Positions 50,941-60,825 of a stretch of DNA of 64,000 bases are shown here, in pieces. The position numbers and the translations under genes are program-made. The stretch comes from a virus (Duplodnaviria > Caudoviricetes). The stretch is taken from IMG/VR virus record IMGVR_UViG_2588253758_000006; one strand, written 5' to 3'. Under the pieces are notes generated by a model. That model was not told the DNA's origin. It made no database searches and saw only the letters and a list, made by a program, of their open reading frames with translations. How positions within the stretch are numbered: the stretch's first letter is position 1; the number at the start of each line of letters is the position of its first letter.

Positions 50941-52329
50941 TTATAGTTCAGTCTTTAAAATCCAATATCCTCCCGTCTTTAAAGCACCTCTAAATTCAAT
51001 TTTGTTTGCTTCTTTGAGTTTGGCAAGGTGTCGTTTGATAGTTTTCAGACTCTTACCTGTTAGTTTAGAGAGGCTTGGGGCAGATATCCCCTCTTGTCTT
51101 TTGATTAAATCAAATAGGGTATCCTCAAAATTTATAGGGTCATTTATAGGGTCATTTATAGGGTCATTTATAGGGTCATACCCTGTAACTTTATCGGGTC
51201 GCCTAAAAGTTATCGTAAAGAATCCCTTTGTCTCAAAAGTTGGTTCAGGCAAACCTGCTTTAATCATCGCCTCACGCATACGAGGGATACCCGATGCCAC
51301 ACGTTCCACTAAGTGCATACGTGTGAAAAGCCCGAAGACAAGAGGGTTTCTCGAAGCACTCTTACGTCCAAAGTTTTCAGCTACTTCTGAAAGGAGTCCG
51401 CCCGGATTGGATATTTCTACACGATCATCATAAATCTCAACCATCGTATTTGCCCCCTGCTCGTAATAATCTCTGTGAGCAAGTGCATTGATTATCGCCT
51501 CTTTGAACACCTCCAACGGTATCTCCCAAACCTCCTTGCGAGGTCCCATACCCTCGATGATGTAAGCGACTTTGAGTTTATCCTTTATCCACGCCTCCGC
51601 TTGCAAGTATTGATTATAGAGTGTTCCTCCATACGTTTTATCGTCAATAATATGAACTCTTGAAGTGCCCTTAAAAAGCACACAACGAGTAATTGCTTGT
51701 GGGAAACGGTTTTCGGGGTGCTTGGCAAAAAACATTACACCACCATTTTTTATCTCATCGCTTTTTTCAAATACTTGTAAATTTTCTAATATTTGGTGAG
51801 TGGGTACATTTTTGGTGATGCCTGCTTCAAGGCAGAATATGTCGAAGTTTTCCTCGTCAAACTCTTTGTCGAAATTGAAATCATCGCACGGAATAGCATC
51901 GAAGAATATCTTATTGGCACGTTGAAAAAAGCTGCGTATCTCCTCGGCAGTAGTCAGTTTCTGTGAATTAGCACTCTCTCTTACATATATAGAACCCGAA
52001 AGCACATAGGGTCTATCCTTTCCCGATGGCACATCAAGCACCCAAACGATTTTGCCATCAACATCGACTTGGTAAATATCGACTTTGAGAGTTGGGGAAA
52101 TATCTCGAATAGTATCCTGTATTGCCGACCGCTTGGGATTATCAATCTCTGCACCTACTATCCGTCCGCTGTCATCAACTCCGATTAGCACATAACCACC
52201 TTCGCTATTGGCAAAGGCACACACCTCTTGCGAGAGCTCCCGAACTTTGGCAGGTACTCTCAATTTGAAATCTACATTATACCCTTCACCACTTGCGACT
52301 AAGGCTTTTATATCTTCTGCTGATAACAT
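50941..52329 (-). CDS. Schlafen/AlbA_2 + HATPase_c_4 + C-terminal HTH protein
   Basis: GEGYNVDFK, CAFANSEGG, GVDD; EAIINALAHRDY, NPGG, RNP, SGIPR. Confidence 0.88.
   Translation of the reverse strand: MLSAEDIKALVASGEGYNVDFKLRVPAKVRELSQEVCAFANSEGGYVLIGVDDSGRIVGAEIDNPKRSAIQDTIRDISPTLKVDIYQVDVDGKIVWVLDVPSGKDRPYVLSGSIYVRESANSQKLTTAEEIRSFFQRANKIFFDAIPCDDFNFDKEFDEENFDIFCLEAGITKNVPTHQILENLQVFEKSDEIKNGGVMFFAKHPENRFPQAITRCVLFKGTSRVHIIDDKTYGGTLYNQYLQAEAWIKDKLKVAYIIEGMGPRKEVWEIPLEVFKEAIINALAHRDYYEQGANTMVEIYDDRVEISNPGGLLSEVAENFGRKSASRNPLVFGLFTRMHLVERVASGIPRMREAMIKAGLPEPTFETKGFFTITFRRPDKVTGYDPINDPINDPINDPINFEDTLFDLIKRQEGISAPSLSKLTGKSLKTIKRHLAKLKEANKIEFRGALKTGGYWILKTEL
51131..51178. repeat. 4 x 12-bp in-frame tandem repeat (DPIN)
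   Basis: (TTTATAGGGTCA)4. Confidence 0.95.
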
Positions 52330-52523
52330 AATTTTATTGCTTTTCTATTTGTGTTATCACTGTTGACACAATTCATAATACAAAGATAATCAGTTTCGTT
52401 TGTAGTTTATGAAATTTCCTAAACTTTATCGTATATGCTGATAATCTACTACTTGAATCATATTTATAGTAATTCATTAAACCCAGAGTTATTATAAGTA
52501 TGTTTATAATTCACGAGACTGCA

Positions 52524-52622
52524 TTACTTTTTCAGCCTCTCTATAAATATCTCTTTTATTTGCCTATCTGTGTGCCAAGGCACTTGTTTGCGTCACTCTA
52601 TTATTGCAGGTATATTTATCAT
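52524..52622 (-). pseudogene. 5' remnant of an AbiEii-type toxin
   Basis: MINIPAIIE*RKQVPWHTDRQI... starts with an ATGA overlap on the antitoxin stop; internal TGA and early truncation. Confidence 0.6.
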
Positions 52623-53422
52623 ATCTCGTCTATCTCAATATCAGTATTAATTTTTATTCTCCACCTTTTATTTAATTCGGTATGTTCCGAAGAATTATGC
52701 ACATCTAAAATAATGTAGTTCAGCCTTCTATTGGTCTTTAGAATTTGCTCATAGATAACATCTGCCTGCTCTTGCTCCTCTAAAACCACTTCTAAGAGAT
52801 ACCCTAAACGTTGTAAAGTACTAATATTAAAGAACTCTAACAAAGCATCTATTTTATCTCTAAAATCGGTTAGCTCAATTAACTCTGATAGCAGGGTTGT
52901 CACTCTTGCTAAACCGCCTACATAGTGGCTATACTGAACTAAATCTACGGCTGTTAGCTCTGCATTTGAGTAACGTATTGTCCCGGTTTGTGAGTTCTTT
53001 TGCAATAGAAATTGTGCAGGAATATTAGTTCGAAATATCCATTCAAGTATCGGATTCTTGCTTTTTGATACATTTGCACTCGGACGCAATGTCGTAATGT
53101 AAAATCTCTGAGGGCGTTGGTGTGCCGCACCTAATATCTCAGCTGCACTCAGTAATGAAATGTAGTAGGGCTTGTTGATGTACGACATCAATTGGTCTAC
53201 ATAATAGAGTGGCGGAATAACTCCTTTTGAGGCGTACTGCACAGGTATTATTACATAGAATCCCTTATACACAGAAGTTACAACCTTTCGCGAACTTAAT
53301 CGGTATAATTCATTTCTAATAAGTTCATAACCCATCTTAGGGAACGCCAATTGCAGCTCCTCTACACTAAAATGCGAAGAACCTCCAATCTCTTTTTCCT
53401 TTATCCAATCTCTTATTGTCAT
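52619..53422 (-). CDS. AbiEi-family antitoxin (orphan)
   Basis: KGFYVIIP, YYISLLSAAEILGAAHQRPQ, ELTAVDLV and QRLGYLLE motifs. Confidence 0.85.
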   Translation of the reverse strand: MTIRDWIKEKEIGGSSHFSVEELQLAFPKMGYELIRNELYRLSSRKVVTSVYKGFYVIIPVQYASKGVIPPLYYVDQLMSYINKPYYISLLSAAEILGAAHQRPQRFYITTLRPSANVSKSKNPILEWIFRTNIPAQFLLQKNSQTGTIRYSNAELTAVDLVQYSHYVGGLARVTTLLSELIELTDFRDKIDALLEFFNISTLQRLGYLLEVVLEEQEQADVIYEQILKTNRRLNYIILDVHNSSEHTELNKRWRIKINTDIEIDEI

Positions 53423-53534
53423 ACGTCGTGCAGCTATTTGTGTTGCAAAGATAATCATTTATTGATTACTATTGCAACGACATTAGCATTTATTTGCTCT
53501 AATCTTATTCATTTTTAGTTTCTAAGCACCCTAA

Positions 53535-54839
53535 TTACAGCTTATTAAATTTGTCCATCGCATTTGCCTTAACTTTATCGGCAATGTCGATATAGGGCTT
53601 CATCGCTTTGTAGTCGCTGTGCCCTGTCCACTTCATCACCACTTGCGGAGAAATATCTAACGACAAAGCATTGCAGATAAAAGTTCTACGCCCTGCGTGT
53701 GTGCCGAGTAGTGCGTATTTAGGCGACACTACATCGATCCGCTCGTTGCCTTTGTAATAGGTTTCTCGCACAGGTTCATCAATTCCTGCCAGTTCCGCTA
53801 ACTCCTTTAAGTAGTCATTCATTTTCTGATTTGTTATGACGGGAAGCACTTTATAATGCTCAAACGCAACATCTTTGTATTTGTCGAGAATAGCCCGGCT
53901 ATGGTTATTGAGTTCAATAATGAGGCTATCGGCAGTCTTGACTGTTGTAATCTCGATATGATTCTCTTTCACATCGCTACGACGGAGATTAAACACATCC
54001 GAATATCTTAACCCTGTGAAACAGAGAAATAAAAATACATCTCGCACTCGCTCCAGATATTGCTTGGTAGGTGGTATCTCGTAATCTCTGAGCTGCTCCA
54101 ACTCCTCCCACGTTAGATATATCACCTTTTTTGGGGTACTCTTCAACTTGGGCTTAAACATATCGTAAGCATTGTTTTTGGTGTGCCCTTTCTTGAAACT
54201 CCATTTGAGAAACCATTTCAAAAATCCCATCTGTTTACCGATGGTGCTGTTACGCATCCCTCTGGTGTCACGTAGGTAAGATACGTACTCATTCAGCCCA
54301 TACTGATCAAAAAACTCAAATGTAAGCCCTTTTTTGAAAGCAGTTAAGTGATTCTTGACTGCTGCAAATTTCTCGTAGGTGGATTCTGTCCAGTCATTTT
54401 GCACGCCACACTCCTTCACAAACTCATCGAATACGACAAAAAGATCGGATTTTTTTGCCTTCCCTCTGGTTGCTTGGCTTTTTTGCTTCTTCTGGGGTGT
54501 AGGGTTTAACTTCTCAGCAAACGCCTCCTTTACCTGCTCCGGTGTCGGTTCCGTCCCTTTACCTTCAAAATCTTGGAAAATCTCATTTATGTAGGCTTCA
54601 TACCTTGCAATATCGGTATTGATTTGTAAGGCAGACTGCTTTTGCTTGTTGGTGACGTTGTTTTTCACTCGCTGCTTTGCCGAATCCCACTTTGCTGCAT
54701 CAATTCGATAGCCGGTAGTAAAATCGATTCTCTTGCCACCGAAAAACACCTGCAAGCGTATGGGTACATTCTCAACCACAGGCACGCCATCTTTCTTCCG
54801 ATTCTCAATGGCTATTCTTATGCTTCGTTTTATATTCAT
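53535..54839 (-). CDS. Tyrosine integrase of the NBU2-like element
   Basis: Arm domain (FTTGYRIDAAKWD); TGLRYSD, HAGRRTF, WTGH and MKPY motifs; next to att, facing inward. Confidence 0.93.
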   Translation of the reverse strand: MNIKRSIRIAIENRKKDGVPVVENVPIRLQVFFGGKRIDFTTGYRIDAAKWDSAKQRVKNNVTNKQKQSALQINTDIARYEAYINEIFQDFEGKGTEPTPEQVKEAFAEKLNPTPQKKQKSQATRGKAKKSDLFVVFDEFVKECGVQNDWTESTYEKFAAVKNHLTAFKKGLTFEFFDQYGLNEYVSYLRDTRGMRNSTIGKQMGFLKWFLKWSFKKGHTKNNAYDMFKPKLKSTPKKVIYLTWEELEQLRDYEIPPTKQYLERVRDVFLFLCFTGLRYSDVFNLRRSDVKENHIEITTVKTADSLIIELNNHSRAILDKYKDVAFEHYKVLPVITNQKMNDYLKELAELAGIDEPVRETYYKGNERIDVVSPKYALLGTHAGRRTFICNALSLDISPQVVMKWTGHSDYKAMKPYIDIADKVKANAMDKFNKL

Positions 54840-55027
54840 CGTTCTTTGATTTTTAATCTCGCTGCAAAGTTATAACAAATTCCCGAAAACTACACCAAAA
54901 GTTACACCAAAAAATGTGATTGTCCATAAATCCATCTGATAGCTATTGAAGTTATCAAACATCATAAAATACTATATTACAGCGATTTGATATTATATGA
55001 TATTTTATGAGGGTTCAGGAGAAAGAG

Positions 55028-55042
55028 CCTCTCTCTCCGCCA
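55028..55042 (+). other. att core (tRNA-Ser 3'-end repeat with CCA), junction of two elements
   Basis: CCTCTCTCTCCGCCA; TACACCAAAA repeats at 54891 and 54903; hairpin at about 55063-55096. Confidence 0.88.
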
Positions 55043-55297
55043 AAAGCGAAAGCAATTTAAAGAAAATCCCTGATAGTCAACACTATCGGGGATTTTTGCG
55101 TTTAGGAAAATGGGCAATTTAGACCATTTCTAAGAGCCCTGACGGTGGCTATTCGGTGGTAAAAATACGGAGCATAAAATTACCACCGACCAAGATTCTA
55201 ATTCGCTATTATTCAGTGTATTGCACAGCGATACACCTTGCTTAAAATCACCACCTTGAGTAACTTTGCAGTCAAATTATTTAATGTAAAATTACTT

Positions 55298-56533
55298 ATG
55301 GAAAGAACAACTTTCAGCGTGCTATTTTTTATTCGCCGCACGCGCCTAAACAAACACGGGGAAGCACCCGTAGAAATGCGAATAACAATCAATGGCACTC
55401 GTATTGATTCGTCACTCAAACGCAGTGTACCTCCACAGTATTGGAACACGGCTAAAGGGCAAGCTATGCCAAAAACTCGTGAGTGCAGAGAGCTCAATGC
55501 CTATATGGACACTGTCAAACTTCGGTTGATGACCCTTCAACGTGAGATGGAGTTGGACGGGGAGCATATCACACCAAAATCATTGCTCAATAAGTTTCTT
55601 GGAGTTGCTAATGAAAAGCCTCAATACACAATTTTAGGGGTGTTTCGTGAACACAACGATAAATGTGCAAAACTGTCAGGTATTGATATGTCGGCAGCAA
55701 CGGTTGAGCGTTATGAAACTTCGTACAAACACACGGCAGAGTTTATAAAACAGACCTACCACGTTGATGATATGGACATAAACAGTGTAGACCATAGATT
55801 TATTACCGATTATGAGTTCTACCTCAAAACCGAAAGGGCTTGCTCTCACAATACCGCTACCAAATATCTAAAGAACTTCAAAAAGATTACTCGCATCGCT
55901 CTTGCCAATGAGTGTATGGTAAAAGATCCTTTTGCAAACATCAAATTCCGCCTTAATGAAGTAGACAGGGATTTTCTGGAAGACCACGAATTGAAAAGGA
56001 TTATAGATAAGCGATTTTCGATTGAGCGTTTAGAGCAGGTTAAAGATATGTTTTTGGTGCTTTGTTTCACCGGATTGGCATTTTCAGACCTCAAAGGTTT
56101 GAGAGATGAGCATATTTTCACCGATAACAATGGAGCAAAATGGATTCGCAAGAAGCGTCAAAAGACAAAGAATATGTGTAACATTCCGCTATTAGACATT
56201 CCATTATCGATATTTGAAAAATATAAGGAGCATCCTTGCAGAACGAAGGGAGAACTTATGCCCGTCGCAAGTAACCAAAAGGTCAATGCGTATATCAAAG
56301 AGATTATGGATATATGCGGTATTCAAAAGGCGATTTCTAGCCACACCGGACGACACACATTTTCGACCACCGTGGCTCTGGCTAATGGTGTTAGTATCGA
56401 GAGCGTTGCAAAGATGTTGGGGCACTCCAATACCAATATGACTCGCCACTATGCCAAAGTGCTTGATCGCACGATTATGAATGAGATGAGTAATGTTGCT
56501 GATAAATTCCAATATAAAGCAGTGCAGCTATGA
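55298..56533 (+). CDS. Bacteroidetes tyrosine integrase
   Basis: Start MERTTF after a TAACTTTG promoter motif at 55261; TGLAFSD, HTGRHTF, LGHS and TRHYAK motifs; homologous to 15141-18535. Confidence 0.93.
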   Translation: MERTTFSVLFFIRRTRLNKHGEAPVEMRITINGTRIDSSLKRSVPPQYWNTAKGQAMPKTRECRELNAYMDTVKLRLMTLQREMELDGEHITPKSLLNKFLGVANEKPQYTILGVFREHNDKCAKLSGIDMSAATVERYETSYKHTAEFIKQTYHVDDMDINSVDHRFITDYEFYLKTERACSHNTATKYLKNFKKITRIALANECMVKDPFANIKFRLNEVDRDFLEDHELKRIIDKRFSIERLEQVKDMFLVLCFTGLAFSDLKGLRDEHIFTDNNGAKWIRKKRQKTKNMCNIPLLDIPLSIFEKYKEHPCRTKGELMPVASNQKVNAYIKEIMDICGIQKAISSHTGRHTFSTTVALANGVSIESVAKMLGHSNTNMTRHYAKVLDRTIMNEMSNVADKFQYKAVQL

Positions 56534-56886
56534 GAAAAATAACAATTTCAGAGAATGGCACGGTAAACGTGCCTACGAAAGTGCAGATGCGAGATTTCGA
56601 GATTGCAGAGCTATTCGGAGTAATCGTGCCGACGGTGAAAGGAAAAATTAGGCAGATACTAAAAGAGGACGTTTGCCGTGGGGATTTCTCGATTGGGGGC
56701 ATTGTGGTTGGTGGTGAGGTTATGCCCGAATACTATGGTTTGGATATGGTGGTGGCGGTTGCTTTTCGGGTACAGTCGCACGAGGCGAAAGTGTTTCGGG
56801 AATGGGTGCTGCGAAAAATGACAGTAGCACAAAATCCATCGCCACCGTTATATCTCCGACTACCACACGGGTCGATAGCCAACTAA
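56530..56886 (+). CDS. RhuM-like small DNA-binding protein
   Basis: EIAELFGV...YGLDMVVAVAFRVQS...FREWV motif; ATGA overlap with the integrase. Confidence 0.75.
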   Translation: MRKITISENGTVNVPTKVQMRDFEIAELFGVIVPTVKGKIRQILKEDVCRGDFSIGGIVVGGEVMPEYYGLDMVVAVAFRVQSHEAKVFREWVLRKMTVAQNPSPPLYLRLPHGSIAN

Positions 56887-56930
56887 AAAAATAAGCCGCA
56901 AGACCTTGAAAATCTTGTGGCTTATTTTTT
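56886..56930 (+). terminator. Intrinsic terminator
   Basis: AAAAAATAAGCCGCAAGA...TCTTGTGGCTTATTTTTT. Confidence 0.75.
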
Positions 56931-56976
56931 TAAATCAGTAATAATATGTAGCTTTGTTAAATCAAATATAGTTGAA

Positions 56977-57864
56977 ATGGCACGACGCAAAAAAGATAGC
57001 ACACTCCCATCTTTCGATGAATTAATAATCCCAACTCTAAAGGCTCTTGTTTCTTTGGGAGGCTCTGGAAGTATCGATGAGATAAACCAAAAAGTATATG
57101 AGATAGCCGATATCTCTGATGATGCATTATCGATTCCGCACAAAGAAGATGAGGACGGACGAAGTGAAGTTGATTACCGTCTTGCGTGGAGCAGAACATA
57201 CCTTAAAAAATTTGGTTTAATTGAAAACTCGGCAAGAGGTATTTGGTCTCTTGTAAACGCCCATGTAGATCCAGACAAGTACAATTATATAGAAATCGTC
57301 AGATGTGTCAGAGATCAAAACAGAGAAGATAAATCAACCAAGAAGGATCCGGACAATAAAACCATTAGTGAGGATGATATTGCAAGTGAGGTAGAATCGT
57401 CCGAAGAATGGAAGGATAAGTTACTTCAAGTGTTATACAATATCTCTCCATCAGCATTTGAACGTCTTTCTCAACGTATTTTACGTGAAAGTGGATTTTC
57501 TCAAGTTGAAGTCACCGGAAAAGTTGGTGATGGAGGAATTGATGGAAAGGGCATTGTCCGTGTCAGTGGATTATTAAGTTTTCACGTGATATTTCAATGC
57601 AAGAGATATAAAGGTTCTGTGTCGCCAAGTCAAATACGTGACTTTAGGGGAGCTATGCAAGGACGAGCCGACAAGGGGTTATTTATAACCACAGGCACAT
57701 TCACGCGTGAAGCAATCAAAGAAGCAACTCGAGATGGTGCCCCGCCGATTGACTTAATAGATGGTGAATCTCTTTGTGATAAGTTAAAAGAATTAAACCT
57801 TGGAGTCGAGACCCAACTCATAGAAGTTATTAATATCAAAAAAGATTGGTATAATAACTTGTAA
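56977..57864 (+). CDS. mrr: Mrr-family type IV restriction endonuclease
   Basis: Mrr_N (YRLAWSRTYLKKFGLIENSARGIW) and Mrr_cat (FERL, GDGGIDG, QCKRY, FITT, LIDGE). Confidence 0.92.
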   Translation: MARRKKDSTLPSFDELIIPTLKALVSLGGSGSIDEINQKVYEIADISDDALSIPHKEDEDGRSEVDYRLAWSRTYLKKFGLIENSARGIWSLVNAHVDPDKYNYIEIVRCVRDQNREDKSTKKDPDNKTISEDDIASEVESSEEWKDKLLQVLYNISPSAFERLSQRILRESGFSQVEVTGKVGDGGIDGKGIVRVSGLLSFHVIFQCKRYKGSVSPSQIRDFRGAMQGRADKGLFITTGTFTREAIKEATRDGAPPIDLIDGESLCDKLKELNLGVETQLIEVINIKKDWYNNL

Positions 57865-58060
57865 TAAGTCATCACCATTTTTCAGCAAAGGTATCGGCTG
57901 AAAATCAAACGGTCAAGGTCGGGCTGCTTGGCAGTTTTTAGCTGAACCTTCCTCTTTCAGAGAGTATTCAGCTAAAAAACCTTGCCCGATTGCTCTTCAC
58001 CCAATGTGCTGGTCGCTACAAAATGACAATGACCTACTGTGGAGATTTTACAGAAATGTA

Positions 58061-58711
58061 CTACTGAATTGTCGATACCCTGTCGATAATATCCAGCTTT
58101 ATCATATCCCAATCATTACCCAAAAAGCACTTAGGGTCAGTCATTTCATCGGCAACACTAAAATCAGTCATCATTTTCAACAACTGTGCATCGTCGTGTT
58201 CCCACGGGTGACGTTCCTTGTGAAGTTCCAACATCTTCGATAATGGGTATAAGTCCAATAGATAGTGAATATCCCAAAAATCTTTCTTTCGACCTCCACG
58301 AGATATGACATTCATCTTCATCGCCACAATATCGTCAGTCGAAGCCATTCTAATACCTCCAATCATATCTATGGGACGTATAAAAGGGTCGGCATACATC
58401 AAATCGACCTTGATATAATTTTCAGCAGAATCACCAACAAAATAGCTTCGCCCAAATCCGACTATCGAACTTTGGTCGCCCGAGTCGTAGAATGGGAATG
58501 TGGATTTCAAAAAGTTTTCAAATATCTTGAAGTCAAGCGAACGATACTCCGCATCAGTGAATAGGTCAATATCATCGGATAGTCTATGACCGTAACGCAA
58601 CGACATATTGGTGCCACCCACAAGACGAAACGGTGCAAAAGTCTCCTCGCTCATCAATTTTTCTAATGAGCTTTTCAATAGCGGCGTAACGGTATTGTAG
58701 TGTAGCGGCAT
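58061..58711 (-). CDS. AbiEii-like (DUF1814) nucleotidyltransferase
   Basis: LVGGT, GHRLSDDIDLF, AMKM and RKKDFWD motifs. Confidence 0.88.
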   Translation of the reverse strand: MPLHYNTVTPLLKSSLEKLMSEETFAPFRLVGGTNMSLRYGHRLSDDIDLFTDAEYRSLDFKIFENFLKSTFPFYDSGDQSSIVGFGRSYFVGDSAENYIKVDLMYADPFIRPIDMIGGIRMASTDDIVAMKMNVISRGGRKKDFWDIHYLLDLYPLSKMLELHKERHPWEHDDAQLLKMMTDFSVADEMTDPKCFLGNDWDMIKLDIIDRVSTIQ

Positions 58712-59205
58712 TATCTTTTGGCGGTTAAGTGAATCTTATAGCTATTGCTTGGCACGTACTGACTTGTCGCTTCGGGAGCGAGTCCGTAGAATCGCATTAT
58801 CTCTTGCTTTTCTTGTTCGTTTCCACGCTCCATTACACGCTCTACGACGTGGTTTTTGTACCTGCCCCAATCTATTTTGTCAAAGTCGGTATCCCAAAAA
58901 AGAATCTTGCGGATATTCGGAATGCCTTTGATTGACTCACTCGCCTCGTGTCTTTTGTATTGCTCGATGTTGTAATACGCCTGCAAAGTGAGCAAAAAAC
59001 CTTCGGGGATATCTAACTCACGCTCAAGTTTGAGTGCAAGTTCGGTTGTGAGTTGCCGCCTGCCCATAATCACGGCATTGAGCGTCTGGCTATGGATATC
59101 CAATTCAGAGGCAACAGCACGCTGACTGATGGAGCGTTTTTCCAACTCACGCCCAATCAGTTTGCCGGGGGCAATGCCCTTGAATATGTTTATATCGTAC
59201 CTCAT
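58711..59205 (-). CDS. HigA-like HTH protein with LFWD C-terminal domain (putative antitoxin)
   Basis: PGKLI...SQRAVA...GRRQLTTELALKLE; ILFWDTDFDKIDW...VVERVMERG; TAATG coupling to the NTase. Confidence 0.82.
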   Translation of the reverse strand: MRYDINIFKGIAPGKLIGRELEKRSISQRAVASELDIHSQTLNAVIMGRRQLTTELALKLERELDIPEGFLLTLQAYYNIEQYKRHEASESIKGIPNIRKILFWDTDFDKIDWGRYKNHVVERVMERGNEQEKQEIMRFYGLAPEATSQYVPSNSYKIHLTAKR

Positions 59206-59310
59206 CTCACTGCAAAGATATAAAAATAAACGGATTTGTTTGCGGTATTATTGTTTTTTATGTAATGCAAGAATTGAGCAGAGATTTTAGCCCCTACTCT
59301 ATTCTGGTAA

Positions 59311-59604
59311 TCACTCCCACGCCCTACGGTGATGTTTTTCAAGCATCGCTTCGATGTCGGACTCTCGATAGAGGGTTTTGCCTCCGAGCATAATGTAGGC
59401 GATTTGTCCGTTTGTCCGCCAATCTTGCATCGTGCGACGGCTTACTTTGAGCCGTGCCGACACTTCGCTATCGGTGAGATAACGCTCCCCTTTGAGGGCA
59501 GGTCTGTGGTTGCGGACGATGTTTTCAAGACCATCTGCCATTCGGTCTAAGGATTTTAGTAAACGAGATACTCGCTCGTTTTTACTGTCGATGATTTCAC
59601 TCAT
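59311..59604 (-). CDS. HTH_17 excisionase-like protein
   Basis: YLTDSEVSARLKVSRRTMQDWRTNG motif. Confidence 0.88.
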   Translation of the reverse strand: MSEIIDSKNERVSRLLKSLDRMADGLENIVRNHRPALKGERYLTDSEVSARLKVSRRTMQDWRTNGQIAYIMLGGKTLYRESDIEAMLEKHHRRAWE

Positions 59605-59628
59605 TTTTGTTTGATTTTTGTTTGATTT

Positions 59629-59901
59629 TTAGTTTCTCATATATTCGCCCATCGTTGAGATGGTTATTGTGTCGTTCAATGAATTGTAATTCAAGTTCTT
59701 TTGTCCTGAATAGGTGTGAATGTAGCATTCTTTGTCGAGGTCTTGTTCGATTTCATACTCAGATATATGGGCTTGTCGGGAGTGCTCATTTAGCTCAATG
59801 ATTATCAGATGGTATGCACCGCCATAGCTGCGATATATCATCACCGTTGGATTGAGGTTCACACTCTCCCACGTACCCACTATTTTTTCGAGCTTAATCA
59901 T
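59629..59901 (-). CDS. DUF3876-like protein
   Basis: IVGTWESVNLNPTVMIY...GEYMR pattern. Confidence 0.75.
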   Translation of the reverse strand: MIKLEKIVGTWESVNLNPTVMIYRSYGGAYHLIIIELNEHSRQAHISEYEIEQDLDKECYIHTYSGQKNLNYNSLNDTITISTMGEYMRN

Positions 59902-60176
59902 TTTGATTTGAGTTTGTCAATCGCCTGCTCCACATCCTGCGGACGGTAGTAGATTTTGTGATTGATTTGGGTGTAAGGCAATGTGCCGTTGTCTCGGTAT
60001 GTTTGCAGGGTGCGTTTGGAGATGCCGAGCAGTTGGCACACCTCCTGATTGTCGAGCCATTTTTTCAGACTCTTGTCGCCTGTGTTGCGGCATAGGTCTT
60101 CGGTCTTATCGGCTAAAGCCTCTATTCGTTTCATTATCAGTTCCCAAGTGCGGGCATCTACATTGATTATTTCCAT
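59898..60176 (-). CDS. HTH_17 excisionase-like protein
   Basis: WLDNQEVCQLLGISKRTLQTYRDNGTLPY motif. Confidence 0.88.
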   Translation of the reverse strand: MEIINVDARTWELIMKRIEALADKTEDLCRNTGDKSLKKWLDNQEVCQLLGISKRTLQTYRDNGTLPYTQINHKIYYRPQDVEQAIDKLKSK

Positions 60177-60693
60177 TATTTTGATATTTTAAATTGTTAT
60201 CGCTTTCATTTCGACAACAAAGAAATAACTAATTATATTACAATCTGTTAGTGCGTGTATGTTTGTCCAGTGGTGTGTAGATTTGTCCACTCCTACCCCA
60301 TTATTTTGTCTGTGTACTTGTTGACTTGTCGATATGTATAATTATATACACTAATGAATTGTTGGTTTAGCGTATTAATGATTTTATGTTTTTATGACTT
60401 AATGACTTCTTGAGCTCAATAATTCATTACGTCAAGAAGGCAGAAAACCAATCCTTCATTAATGTCTTTATTATTTACTTTATTAACCCAAAACACCACT
60501 CACTAAGAACTATCATTCTTAATTCATTTCAGTAATAATTCATACATAAATATGTTGTTGTTCGGCACTTTGTGCGGTGCATTTTTCGGAATAACGATGC
60601 AAGTAAAACCTATTGTTTGTCAAGGTATTGCTACTTTCTTGGAATGTATTTTATTTGTTCTCGAAAGCTCAAAATTCATTATCGTCGGATAAT

Positions 60694-60747
60694 GGCGAGG
60701 TGTGTTTTGAGTGCCTCAAAACCTTTCGAGGCACTCGAAAGCTCGCC
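60694..60747. other. Putative CTn-type oriT
   Basis: Nested IRs TTTTGAG-TGC-CTCAAAA and TTTCGAG-GCA-CTCGAAA inside GGCGAG...CTCGCC, upstream of mobA. Confidence 0.6.
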
Positions 60748-60825
60748 CATAAATGGGGGCTAAAACCGCTCCGAAGTCGCTGTTTTGGGGGGTGGATTTT
60801 CGATAACTATTAAAATTGCAGTTTT

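Larger units (their letters stand above)
36097..55040 (-). mobile_element. About 19-kb NBU2-like mobilizable integrative element with defence cargo
   Basis: 13-bp direct repeats; TACACCAAAA tandem repeats near both ends; integrase, excisionase, helicase, primase, oriT, mob genes; all genes on the minus strand. Confidence 0.88.

Noticed and set aside
50941-52329. RecG helicase
   Set aside because: No Walker A or DExH motifs; the architecture is AlbA_2 + HATPase_c_4 + HTH
54960-55042. Complete tRNA-Ser gene (also at about 36030-36110)
   Set aside because: Only the 13-15 nt 3' core matches; upstream sequence is element DNA
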